Source: Jimgerdemannia flammicorona
Taxonomy: Eukaryota
Reading direction: 5' to 3'
Length of the DNA stretch: 20,000 nt
Assembly (NCBI GenBank): GCA_003990765.1
Contig: RBNJ01000012.1
Location: forward strand, 44,850-64,849
In this document: positions 8,700 through 19,215 of the stretch, one piece after another
How the letters are laid out: each line of letters opens with the position of its first letter
How positions within the stretch are numbered: the stretch's first letter is position 1
Notes under the pieces: generated by a model
The model's database searches: none
What the model saw: the letters and a program-made list of their open reading frames with translations, nothing else
What the model was told of the DNA's origin: nothing
Translations under genes and position numbers: made by a program

Positions 8700-10169
8700 G
8701 AAATCTTCAACAGGATGGGCTTCAGTCTTCTTGTACTGAGTGTCATTCCTTCAGTTTGCTGGTTCTGAGTCCCTTCAGTCACTTCTTTTGTTGTCACATT
8801 CAGTGGCATAGTGTCTGAATTGTTCACAGTGGAAGCATTGGACTTGGGCTCTGTCTCAGACAGAGTACCTTCTTTCTTCTTGCTGGTAATTCCTGTTATC
8901 TCTTGGTGAATATCCTTGGCTCCTCTGTGGTGGGTACCCTCTGTTGTTTTGGTAGTCCCAATTTTCACATGTAGTGAGTTTTTCAAACTGTCTAACCAAT
9001 CGGTCTAACTTGGAGCTGAGGTCTTGGATTTCACTTCTGTTCTTCTTTCCTTCCTTGACTGGCCTTCTTTCTTCTGATCTTTCTTGTCCTTGAAGGAGTC
9101 CTTGTAGGGCTTTGACCAGGATATCTTCTTTATCTTCCTTCTTATCATGATCACTCCAGGTAGTTCCTTGTCTGATATCAAAGAATTCTTGGGCTGCATC
9201 TACTTGCTCTTCAGACCTTCTGATGTCTAGGGTGCAGACATGCTGGGCAATATTTGGAGGAATTCCATTCATGAAGGTCATTGGACCTATGATGTCTTAG
9301 TTGGTGGCATTGAACCTAGCAGAATGCATTCTCTTCTGGATTCTTATAAAGAAGGCTCTGGGTGATTCTCCAAGATTCATCTTCATTCCCATGATGGATT
9401 CCTGGGCCTTGTAGTGAGTTTCATTTCCTGCATATTTTTCAATGAGCCAGTGGACCATGGCTTCATATTCTAGCTCATCAGATATTGCTGCTTGTATTTG
9501 TCTTGCTAGTTCGGAATCTTGGTTGTTTGCTGTTTGATGGAAAATTCCTCTGGCTGGTTCTCTGAGCTGAGCTTTATAGATGGTGATTTTTCTTTCATCT
9601 GAGAGATTTCTCAAGGCTGCAATTCCTTCAATTCCATCAAGGAATTCTCTGAGATCTTCCTCCAGGTATCCTGCAAATGTTGGCAATAAGGTAGCCATTT
9701 CATTGTCACTTTCTTCTAATTCTGGTTCAAGTTCGGATTCTGATTCTGATTCACTTTCTGAACTGTCACTAGAGATGGAGATGCTTGGGTATCCTGAGGA
9801 TGGTGTTCTGGATCTTGGACAAAGTGGAATAGGCCTAGGTATTCTTGTAGGAGCTACTTCTGGTTCTGCAAGGGGTTGTGGTAGGGGTTCAGTTGGTGAG
9901 ATTGGTGAGACTGGTGTAGGGTGTCTGGCTGTAAGGTATTGAGTCCATATAATAAGATCTTCTAGTTCTTGTGTGAGTTCTCCAAAATCTCTAGCAGGGC
10001 TGCCTGTATTGTCTGGTTAATCTGGTTGGGGATTTTGGGCAGTACTGCCTTCTGGTTCTGGTTGGGATCCTTCTGATGCTGGGTAATTGGTAAGTCTTGA
10101 AGTGATTACTTCTCTTCCTGTCCAGATGCTGGTGATAACTGGTTCTCCTGTAGTAGCAGAGATTGGTAT
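8700..10169 (-). pseudogene. gag: gag of B with CCHC zinc knuckle
   Basis: LPTFAGYLEEDLREFL, MKMNLGESPRAF, FMNGIPP; CFHCEQFRHYATEC at 8796-8837; Pro/Ser/Glu-rich N-terminus; start inferred from an in-frame ATA (decayed ATG) at 10169. Confidence 0.88.
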
Positions 10170-10235
10170 TATATCAAATGTATCCAGTTTGACTGTGGGT
10201 TCTTGTGAGCTGAAAAGTTACATCAATTTGAAATC

Positions 10236-10253
10236 TTCCCAGTTGAGCCCCCA
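10236..10253 (-). promoter_or_regulatory. Primer-binding site of B, tRNA-Pro-like (TGGGGGCTCAACTGGGAA)
   Basis: Starts with TGG 2 nt after the 5' LTR end; resembles the MLV tRNA-Pro PBS TGGGGGCTCGTCCGGGAT. Confidence 0.75.
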
Positions 10254-10255
10254 AA

Positions 10256-11701
10256 TGTAATGTGCCCAGCTCAATGGAGGTAAATTACAAGGTTGGGGGT
10301 TGATGTAGTTTGGCTTGAGCCCCCAGTTACTTTGTCAAAAAGTAACAAAATGTTCTAAGATTCCTGAGGTTCTTGGTGTTTAGTAATATAATAGTCAAGA
10401 TCTGAATATCTGCAAGTAGTTTCCTTATTGGGACGGTTCACTGGGTGTAGCAGTGATTCATGTCTTTCCTTCTTGGGTCAACTGGGAATGGCAGAATTTG
10501 TATATAGCATGAGCAGTTTCCTTCTTGAGTAGCGGGTGATTTCTGTATAGTGCGACAATCTCATGCATGATAGTCTGGCAATTTAGCAGTTCTCCTTATG
10601 TGGGATGTTCTGATAATTTGGTGGATAACTTGATTTGGCTCACTGGGAATATTATGGTGTGGATTCTTTGAATCGAGCTCACTGGGAACAAACTGATAAC
10701 TCAGATATTGCAGGTTTTCTGGGAATGTAGATGACTTGAAAACAGTGGATGATGCAGATTCTCCTGAATCGGCAGACTTCTTGAAAAAAAGGCAGCTTCA
10801 ACTGGGAGTAACTCAGATGGCATGAGTTCTTCCGGTTTGGACTCTTCTGGGAATGCAAACAACTGGCGGTGTTCTTTAGGAAAGAGTTTCTTGGCAAAGT
10901 TATATCAAAGACTGACTTCATTTGTATGGGGTTACATCATAGACTAGCTCCACTGTGAAGTTGTATCAGAAAGACTGGCTTGTGGTAAGAAAGGTAGGTT
11001 CTCTGAGAATGTGGTGAATAACTTGAAAATGATGGATAATGCAGATTCTTCCTGAATCAGCAAAGTTCTTGAAAACAGTGGCTTATTCCTTAAGTGGCAG
11101 ATTACTCAAAAGGCAGCGAAGTTCTTCCTTGAACTTGGTGGCAAATTGGCTTTATATCAGAAAGTAGACCAGAGTGGAAAGAGGACCAATGCTCAATCTT
11201 TAGAGGCTTCTTTGGTGTTTGTATTTCGGACTCATTTTTTGTATTGGAAAGTGGACCAGAGTGGGGAAATAAGCTCACAATCTCCTAGCAGTGGCTATAG
11301 AGTTCCTCTCAAAGTATGGTAGGCAGACTTGTCTTTTGCTTCAATTTTGGACTCATTCTTTGTATTGGAAAGTGAACTGGAGTTGAAATGTGTTCTGAAT
11401 TTCAGACTGAGGTTTATTCACTCTTGTCTCTGGGGTAATTTATACATTGTAGTTGCTATCTGGTTGCTACCTGACTAACTATAGAGTGCTATTTATAGAG
11501 TGACATTCACTATCAGGGTGACAGCCACTGTCAGAGTGACAGCCACTGTCAGGGTGACAGCCACTGTTCACATTATTTCCTTCTTTGGCTATCTGGTTAT
11601 TTATATATCTTTCACAGCAATGGTTACTGGTTACTATGCTGTACTAATGTTCATATCACCTGATCAGGTTTCAAGATTGCTACATCTTATGATTTGTCAC
11701 A
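10256..11701 (-). repeat. 5' LTR of element B (1446 bp)
   Basis: Direct repeat of 1185-2692, shorter by a 44-bp deletion and one 18-bp unit. Confidence 0.95.
11508..11567. repeat. 18-bp palindromic tandem repeat in U3 (3.3 copies)
   Basis: Units at 11508, 11526 and 11544, partial unit at 11562. Confidence 0.95.
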
Positions 11702-11705
11702 GTAG

Positions 11706-12771
11706 TATAATTGTTAAATCTAGATATCTATAAGTAATTCAGACAGATTTCGTAATTGAGACAGTTCTTTGATATATAGATAATTTATATATAGTATGAA
11801 TAGATTTTTTTATGTAATTTTATAGTAATTTCTATATAGCATGAGCTGGTTTCCTTATACAATTTCTATATAATGATCTCTGTATAGCATAACAATCTCA
11901 ATTTTTGTATGATGATATTGGTGATCTGAAATAATATGGCAAATTTGTCATTTTTCTTAGTAAGTGATAGGTTGATAATTAGTAGACTATTTGGAAAATA
12001 TGGATTTTTCAAAAATAGTAGATAACTTAATTAGTGAATAACTCAGATAACTCAGATAGTGTGGAATCTTCTAAATTAGCAGACTTCTTAAATAATAATT
12101 CAGATGATACAGATTCTTCTAAATTGGCAGGCTTCTTTTCTTAATAAAGTTATATCAAAGACTACTTTATTTGGACAAGATTATATTGAGAAACTGGCTT
12201 TACTATAAAGGTGTATCTTATATTAAACTGGCTTTGTGGTAAGATATAGACAGACTTATTAAATAGCAGCTCTTTCTTAAGTAGCAAAGTTCTTCACTTA
12301 AACTTTTGGTAGTAAATCTCAGACTTTATATTGAAAAGTAGACTGGAGTAGAAATAGAGCAAAGCTTGCAACTTCTCAGCAGTAGCTCATTGGTAGGTTT
12401 TTTCTCTAAAGTATATTAGATAATTGGCTTTTATTTTGATTTTGGACTGAGGTTTTATTTACTCTTATCTCTGAGATATTTATATAAGTTGATTGCTATA
12501 TAGTTACTATATATATAGCTAACTATAGGTTTGCTAATTAGGGGCAGATATTTACTATCCAGTAGATATTTACTATCTAGTAGATATTTATTGTCTGGCA
12601 GACATTTACTATCTAGTAGACATCTACTGTCTAGTAGATATTTACAATCTGGTAGATATTTACTATCTCTTTCTCTTTTTGACTATCTGGTTATTTATAT
12701 AATTTTCATAGTAATAAGATAACTATGGTATTTATATTATCTAGTTATACTATACTGTTTCATACTTCACA
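11706..12771 (-). repeat. Remainder of the element A 5' LTR
   Basis: Continues 1051-1184 after the GTAG duplication; diverged homolog of the B LTR; ends TTCACA, and this end resembles the D LTR start at 17028. Confidence 0.85.
12543..12668. repeat. 18-bp tandem repeat, 7 copies (ancestral-like unit GGCAGACATTTACTGTCT), in U3 of A
   Basis: Units at 12543, 12561, 12579, 12597, 12615, 12633 and 12651. Confidence 0.92.
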
Positions 12772-12970
12772 ATATCTATCTCTTACTTTAAATTGATAAT
12801 CTTTTGAACTAATTACAAAATATATACTAGATACTTTAATAGTATAGACCTTTTTGCAGAATTCTATAAGATATCTATAGACTCTAAGAATATTCAAAAG
12901 ACAGTCTTTCTCACTTTAAGAAACTATTTGAATATCTCTAAATACTCTTTAAACTCTATAATATACTGCT

Positions 12971-13322
12971 TAGTCCTCCTAAATAAATCAAATCAATTCA
13001 AATCAAATTGAATTGGAGATTTTTCAATTCAAATCAAGTTTAAATCAAATCAAATTCAAATCAAATCGAGGGTCTGATTTAAACCTTATTTTTAGAAATA
13101 TAATAACTTAACTAAAATACATCCAAATATAACAATCTTTAGCTTGTTAGATTTTTCTTATAAGGAGAAATCTAACAAGCTAAAGATCATTAAATTTGAA
13201 CATGTTTTTGTCAAGTTATTATATTTTCAAAAATAGAGTTTGAATTGAATCTCAAATCAAATTATACCTTTGATTTGATTTGAATTGAATTAAATTGGAC
13301 CTTTGATTCATTGAGAGTACTA
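12971..13322. mobile_element. Non-autonomous foldback MITE, probably hAT superfamily
   Basis: Interrupts the RT of D; imperfect TIRs TAGTcCTC..AATaAATCAAA / TTTGATTCATTGAGAGTACTA; 8-bp TSD-like atactgct/atactacc; subterminal AAATC/GATTT repeats; internal palindrome centred at 13160/13161. Confidence 0.8.
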
Positions 13323-13832
13323 ATACTACCAATATCTAGAGGATAATGAACTCAGTCTATGTTATATTGATTTACTACTATCTAATTATCTATATAGATG
13401 ATTTTAATATCTATCAGCAAATTTTGAGAAATACTTGTTAAATCTAAAAGAGTTTTTTTGACTTATCAGAAAGAACCACCTGAGACTCAATATCAAGAAA
13501 TACTATTTTGAAAATCTGAAACTCAAATTTCTCAGATTTATAATTTCTAAAAAAGGAACTTATATAGACTTAAAAAAAAAACAAAAGAGATCAACAACTG
13601 GCCAATATTTAAGATCTCTAAGAAACTACTATTTTTTTTAATACTAATATTTTACCATAGAGGATTTATTAGAAATTTTTCCAAAACCTCTACACTGATC
13701 TGAATCCTACTTAAAAAAGAAGTACTATATAAATAAAAGAAATTATAAGAGTAAGTCTTTAAGAAACTTATATACTATATAACTATAGTACTAGTTCTTA
13801 TATAATCTAATTTTCAAAAGTCATTCATATAT

Positions 13833-15327
13833 TGTAATGGTGACCTCAGAATGATGACATCAGTACAGAAGACAGCCTTTCCTTATAAGTCACCAGATCA
13901 GAGCATGAGAAGATCATACAGTATATGAGATGAGTAATGATGACCAACTGTGAGTCATTGTAACCACAGTTCAGATATCTTGAGAAATATAAAAGAAGGC
14001 TCAAGGAATCACAGTAGCAGTAACCAATAAGACCCATCAATCCCAAAATAGCTCAAAGACTTACCACAAACAAAATGCCTGCTGCTTACCAAACCTCAAG
14101 GTCAAGGAACTACTGAGGCATCTCAGTTGAAGAAAGGATGTTCCAAGACATCAGAAGAGCCATGAGGACCTGCTCAAGAAGGACTCCTAGTGTCAACCTG
14201 GATACTACAGATCCTTATTATTATATTCTCTACTATCATAAAATAGAAACAAGAATCACCATTGCTACTGAATGCCTCCAAATGTGGTAGGAGTATGAAA
14301 TAGGAAATCTCCTCTACTGAGAGTTCCCACAGGCCAGCTCTCAAGAGCTACAAGATGTCACTCCCATAGATATATATGAGGCAAGGATGGCTAAGAAGAT
14401 CCATCAGATCTTCAGGCATGCACCATAGTCTATCCCCAACTTGGAGTATATTAGAGTCTCAGACTTCAGAGACCTGTCATCCCACTATATCAATGCACTA
14501 GAAATCAGGGTGGCTATAGAAGCCCAATCCACTATCACCCTCAATAGTGATGAAGTAGAAAACTTCTAGCATCTCATCTTTCAAGACAACTCAGATCAAT
14601 TCCTGTAAGGATTGATCTCAGTATTTCAAGGCCCAAGCATCCAGGTTAGATCTCCCCAAGACCTCATATTTGTTTCCTATTTTGTAGAAGAGAATCTCAT
14701 AGATTGGAGAGCCCCTGATTTCCCTGCCACTAAACATGATGATGTCATTGGTAATGACATCATTCCACATGACATACATGAGATATGCAACATATATGAA
14801 GTATGCAAAACATGAGACCTATGCAACAATAATGAATTCACAGACCTCATCTCCTTCGAAGACATTCTGACCTCTGATGATGAAGCCTCTATAGTCTTGA
14901 ACATTCTGCTCTAAGTCCCTTGGTTATACTGAATAATGCCAGCATTCTGAACCTGTACAACCATCAGTGCCAACTCTGGAACTTAGCAGTTTTTCCTATC
15001 CTGGCATTTTATTTTAGTTATTGAAATTTATATTTAGCTTTATATCTAAGCAACCATTGAATTATATTTTGTATAAATACCCCTCTTATTTCCTTTGAAA
15101 TAAAGTCAGTCCATTCAGTCCATTTAGTTCTGGTTCACTTATACACACTTCCTTGCAAGCAATCTAAGAGATAATAAGACAGTTTAAAGATAAGAAGTTT
15201 GAGAACTATAAGATCTTAGGAAGGCACTCAAATAAGAACTTGCTTATAATAAACTTGAGTTAGTCTAAGAGATACACCTTGAAGAGAATCTGGTGTATTT
15301 GAAGAACTCAGCAACCACTACATGACA
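13833..15327 (+). mobile_element. Solo-LTR-like element E (1495 bp) containing a decayed ORF
   Basis: TGTAAT...ATGACA ends; flanked by ATAT on both sides; interrupts the D RNase H FILYTD motif; TATAAAT at 15072 and AATAAA at 15099. Confidence 0.8.
14075..14914 (+). pseudogene. ORF3-family pseudogene (~279 aa) inside E
   Basis: One frame with no frameshift and 7 stops, all revertible by single transitions; motifs EYEIGNLL and MAKKIHQIFR. Confidence 0.75.
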
Positions 15328-16479
15328 ATATATAGATATCTTTAAGAATAGTCTCAGAGCTGTCCTAGCTCAAGAAGAACCTGACTGATAATACTATATG
15401 ATAACTTATCTAAACTGAGCTACTAATAAGTAGTAAGTCAATTATAGTAATACTAAATTAGAATATCTTATAGTTATATAGACAGTTATCTTATTTAAGT
15501 ACTATCTTATCAGAAAAATATTCACTCTAATAACTGGTCATACTAATTATAAATAGTTATTTCACTATTAGGACTTTATTGAATTTTTTGCTCACTGGAT
15601 CCTAATTCTGTAAGATTATAAAATTACTATTATTTATAATGCAAAAAAGGCTCACAACAATATTGATATATTTTTTTATATAACTTAATAAATCAGAAGA
15701 AAAATATACTCAGAAACTATACTCTAAAGAAAGTTCTTATAACTATTAAAGAGCAGGAAGATCTCATCTGATAAAAATATTATAAAGTCTATTAAGGACA
15801 GATAAGTATAAAAGAAAAGCTACAAAAAATATACCAATACTAATCTCATCTTAGAATATATATAAATTAGAAATATTCTTAAGAGATATAATATCTATTA
15901 GAAGTATTAGAGAAAAAGAGTTACCAAATAGTCTGAGGCTTTTTCAATAGAAATTACAGATAACTCAACTTCTCCATAACCTCACTCTTAGATATAAATC
16001 TTCCAAAAAACTTATTTAAGATTATAGTATAGAATTTATTAATAAGTTGATCATAACTTCTATATAATTTATAAGATCTATCTGAAAAGAACTATATTAT
16101 ACTATTTCCAAACCAATGATATAATAGAATGAATGATCCAAACCATTAAGAAAGAACTTACTTAAGTCAATCCTATCAACTGAAACCTCTTGAAATCTTA
16201 TAGAAAATATAGAATATTTCTATTATCTTTATTAAATAAAAATATTTTAAGATAATATTTGCTAAGAAAACTAGAACAACTGATTATAAGAATCTTAAAG
16301 AACTCTTAGAAAAGACTGAATAATTATAAAATAAAATCCAACCATAGATAATTAAGATATAGAAATAATGAAAGAAGTTCTATAACTAGAAATAAAAAAA
16401 TTATATAGAAAATCAAAATTAGAGATCAGAGGATCTCAGTATATATTAATTATCTCAAGTTATACTTACTACTCATACA

Positions 16480-16988
16480 ATAATTCAGAGGATTGATCAG
16501 TATCTCCAGACTCTTATTCTTAGCTCTCTTTAGACTTTATCAGTTTTCTTATTCTAGTTCTGTAAAACTAATAGAAGCTATCTTCAATAGATTTAAATAT
16601 ATTAAAAAAACCTTACTCTGATATAATAGCTACTGCAAATTTACTAGCTACAGGCTTATTATACTATTGGTGAACAACTATAATATCTCTCAGCTCTAGA
16701 ATAGATCTATATTAAGAACATCACTAGCCTGATAAGAAAAAATACCACTGCTGCAGACAGACTCTATATAATTTATAAATAAAATATCATAGTACTAATG
16801 CTGATCTAGTTCTCTTTAAATAATATATAAAGAATAAACCTAGCTATCTACCAGAGTATCATTAGCTATATTGAAGTCTAATTTCTAGAAGAAGAAGAAC
16901 TTTTAGAATTAAGTAATCTAGATTAAAAGAAGATAATCATATAGATAATTATATAGAAGATATCTATAGATATTAAAATGATAACTAA
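16480..16988 (+). pseudogene. Decayed ORF3 of D
   Basis: ataattcagaggattgatcag matches B atgactcagaggatagatcaa; LQAYYTIGEQL...TAADRLYIIYK. Confidence 0.75.
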
Positions 16989-17057
16989 AGAATAGTTTAG
17001 GATAGACTATCCTTTAGTAAGGACTGATATGACAAACAAACACTATAGTATAGCTAG

Positions 17058-17533
17058 TGTAACGTAGCGGACACTTACTCTTGAAAGTATGTCGGATTTC
17101 TGTATTTTGAAAACTTGACCGTTCTGACTCTCGCAGAGTCTCTTGAAGTTGCAGGGAAGGGTGGGTGAGTTCAAAGTGTATCTGCCCGCAGGCTTACTAG
17201 TTCCTTTGCTATCTCTTTGCTTTGAACTATTTCGATCTGAGGTTTATTCACTCGAAGATACTGGGTTATTTATACAAGTTTGCTAGCTATGAGAGGGTGG
17301 CTAAGTAATAAATGAGTTATTTGGACTTTGTTGAAACATTTGGACAATGTCTAAATGCTATACTAAATCGGGGTATTCGATTTGGATAATGTCTAAAATT
17401 TAGACAATGTCTAAGAAATTAGACAATATTGAAATCGAGGACTGCTAACTATAATGCTATACTACTTTGGGAATGGGTGTGATCAAGTGTCTGTTCCCTA
17501 TTTCCTTCTTCCAAATCCGGCTGTACCATCACA
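17058..17533 (-). repeat. 3' LTR of C (476 bp)
   Basis: TGTAAC...ATCACA ends, adjacent PPT, TATA at 17268-17274, AATAAA at 17243-17248; partner LTR lies outside the window. Confidence 0.8.
17339..17433. repeat. Palindromic TTAGACAATGTCTAA-type repeats in U3 of C (about 4 copies)
   Basis: Copies near 17339, 17381, 17399 and 17418. Confidence 0.8.
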
Positions 17534-17546
17534 ACTTCCTCCTGAA
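17534..17546 (-). promoter_or_regulatory. Polypurine tract of C (TTCAGGAGGAAGT)
   Basis: Purine run directly upstream of the LTR TG on the - strand. Confidence 0.75.
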
Positions 17547-17570
17547 TGGATGGTCTTGTCCCTGAGGCAT

Positions 17571-18032
17571 CTATTCAAACTCCCAGGCTTCAACGGTCTG
17601 TATGGTCTTGTACTGTGCGATTTGCTGCATAACTATTTCCCAATGATGTCTTCTCACTTTCTCGAAGTTGGTGGAGGTTACTCCTCTCAGGTGGTCTATC
17701 GCTGCTTCATCTTCTCAGAATAACTTGTGGATCCTTTTGGCAACAGTGATCTGTGAGTAGGAGAGTTGACACTCAGCAATCCAGTCCTCCTTGGTCTTTG
17801 CTGGATCCTGATTGAGCACCTGTCCAAGCTTGAAGTACTCTTGGAATTCTGCCCGATATTGATAGGCTCTAAAGTGTGAGATCCTTGAAAGATGAGTCTG
17901 CACAATACTCTGAATATTCTCATAGAATGGCTCTATGGTCGGAGGCTCGGTGGTGTGCCATTGTCTTTCGATGGCTCTTTGAGCAGCACTAGTGATCTTG
18001 AGTGTCATCGTGGTACTTTTGTTACTGGCCAT
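17571..18032 (-). pseudogene. Accessory ORF3 of C (~153 aa, one internal TGA, probably from CGA)
   Basis: The 105-aa ORF continues in frame: ...QEYFKLGQVL...VAKRIHKLF*EDEAAIDHLRGVTSTNFEKV...WEFE. Confidence 0.82.
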
Positions 18033-19215
18033 GATATTTCTTGAGTCAGTTTCGGTGAATGGTGGTGGGGATTATTGTGCCTAAGGGTTTTCGTAGCCAA
18101 AAGGTAGTCCCTTTTATATCTTGCACAAGGTAAGGTCCTTCCCACTTGGGCTCTAGTTTTCGTGACCATGAAGCTTCAACCATATTCTGATACACCAGGA
18201 CTTTGTCTCCTATCTTGATGATCTCCAAGGGTTTGTGGGTCTTTTCTGCATTCCTCCATTGTAGTGTCTGCGCCTTCGTTATGTAATCCTCAGCCTTCTT
18301 CCTGATTTGGTGTAGTCTCCGTATTTCCATGTCCACATGTTTCCATACAGTATCTCCATTAGATGACAAGGTTCCCTGAGAACATTCTTCTCTGAACAGT
18401 ATTTCTCGAGGGGTAAAGTGGGTGCTTTGTGATCGGATATCCCGGAGAGCAGATAATGCTATTGGCAGATAGTGATCCCAGTTCTCGTAGTTATCGCAGA
18501 TCTTAGCAATAACATTCTTGAGGGTCTTGTTGGTCCTTTCTACTTGTCCATTTCCTTGAGGGTGATAGGCTGTGGTCCGAATGTGCTGGATCTTGTACTT
18601 CTTGTAGAGAACTTCAAAGAACTGGTTCACGAATTCGGTTCCTCTATCTGTAGTTACTTGTGTTGGGGTCTTGAACCAGCAGATGATTTCCTTGTGAAAG
18701 AAATCGGCGATTGACTGTGCATTAGCTTCCATAAGGGGTCCTGCTTCTATCCACTTTGTAAAAAGGTCTACGATGACAATGATGTATCGGTTGCCAGTCA
18801 AAGTCAATGGTAGGGGGCCGATTACATCCATTGCAATGTGGGCGAATGGTACTGGTTCTATGTGTGCTGATCCTGAGGCTTGATTTCGTTGGTCTTGTTT
18901 CTGTTTCTGGTATTTGTCACAGGTCTTGACGAATTGTCTGATATCTTCCTCCATCCCTGGCCACCATATTGTTCTTCTTGCCTTGTCGTATGTATTTGTT
19001 CCTCCTAGATGGCCAAGTTCGTGTACTGATTTCATTGCTTGCTCCTTCTTGTGTTCTGGTATGACTAGTAGTTTTTCTTTCTTCAGTGTTTCTCCGTCAG
19101 TTTCGAATTGTTTCCATGTTCTGTTTATAATCATTTGTGTCCATTCTTCCAGATGTTGGGGCATCTTTCGCTGTCCCAGGTATGTGATAATTCCGTAGTA
19201 GAGCTCCTTATTCAT
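18022..19215 (-). CDS. Integrase of C, nearly intact (premature TGA at 18046, 8 codons before the likely natural stop)
   Basis: HELGH...CDKY (C>Y), MDVIGPLP, TDRGTEF, YHPQGNGQVERTNKTLK, KWEGPY. Confidence 0.93.

Larger units (their letters stand above)
1185..11701 (-). mobile_element. Full-length (10.5 kb) inactivated Ty3/Gypsy LTR retrotransposon B, with dUTPase and an extra 3' ORF
   Basis: Two ~1.45-1.5 kb direct LTRs with TG...CA ends, TSD GTAG at 1181-1184 and 11702-11705, PBS, and domain order gag-PR-RT-RH-IN. Confidence 0.95.
12772..17057 (+). mobile_element. Heavily mutated Gypsy element D (B-related), RT to start of 3' LTR, interrupted by nested insertions
   Basis: Colinear with the reverse complement of B ~2690-5355: RT 12772-12970 and 13323-13832, RH 15328-15691, IN ~15688-16483, ORF3 16480-16988, LTR start 17028-17057. 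Confidence 0.9.

Noticed and set aside
2837-9942. Plus-strand ORFs antisense to gag/pol (also 18472-19900)
   Set aside because: Shadow ORFs of the coding strand, short and without recognisable motifs
10236-10253. tRNA gene
   Set aside because: Only an 18-nt tRNA-complementary PBS, with no cloverleaf
1-11701. Tandem elements sharing one LTR, or a segmental duplication of 1-2692 and 9230-11701
   Set aside because: The GTAG duplication and the LTR of A resuming at 11706 show a nested insertion of B
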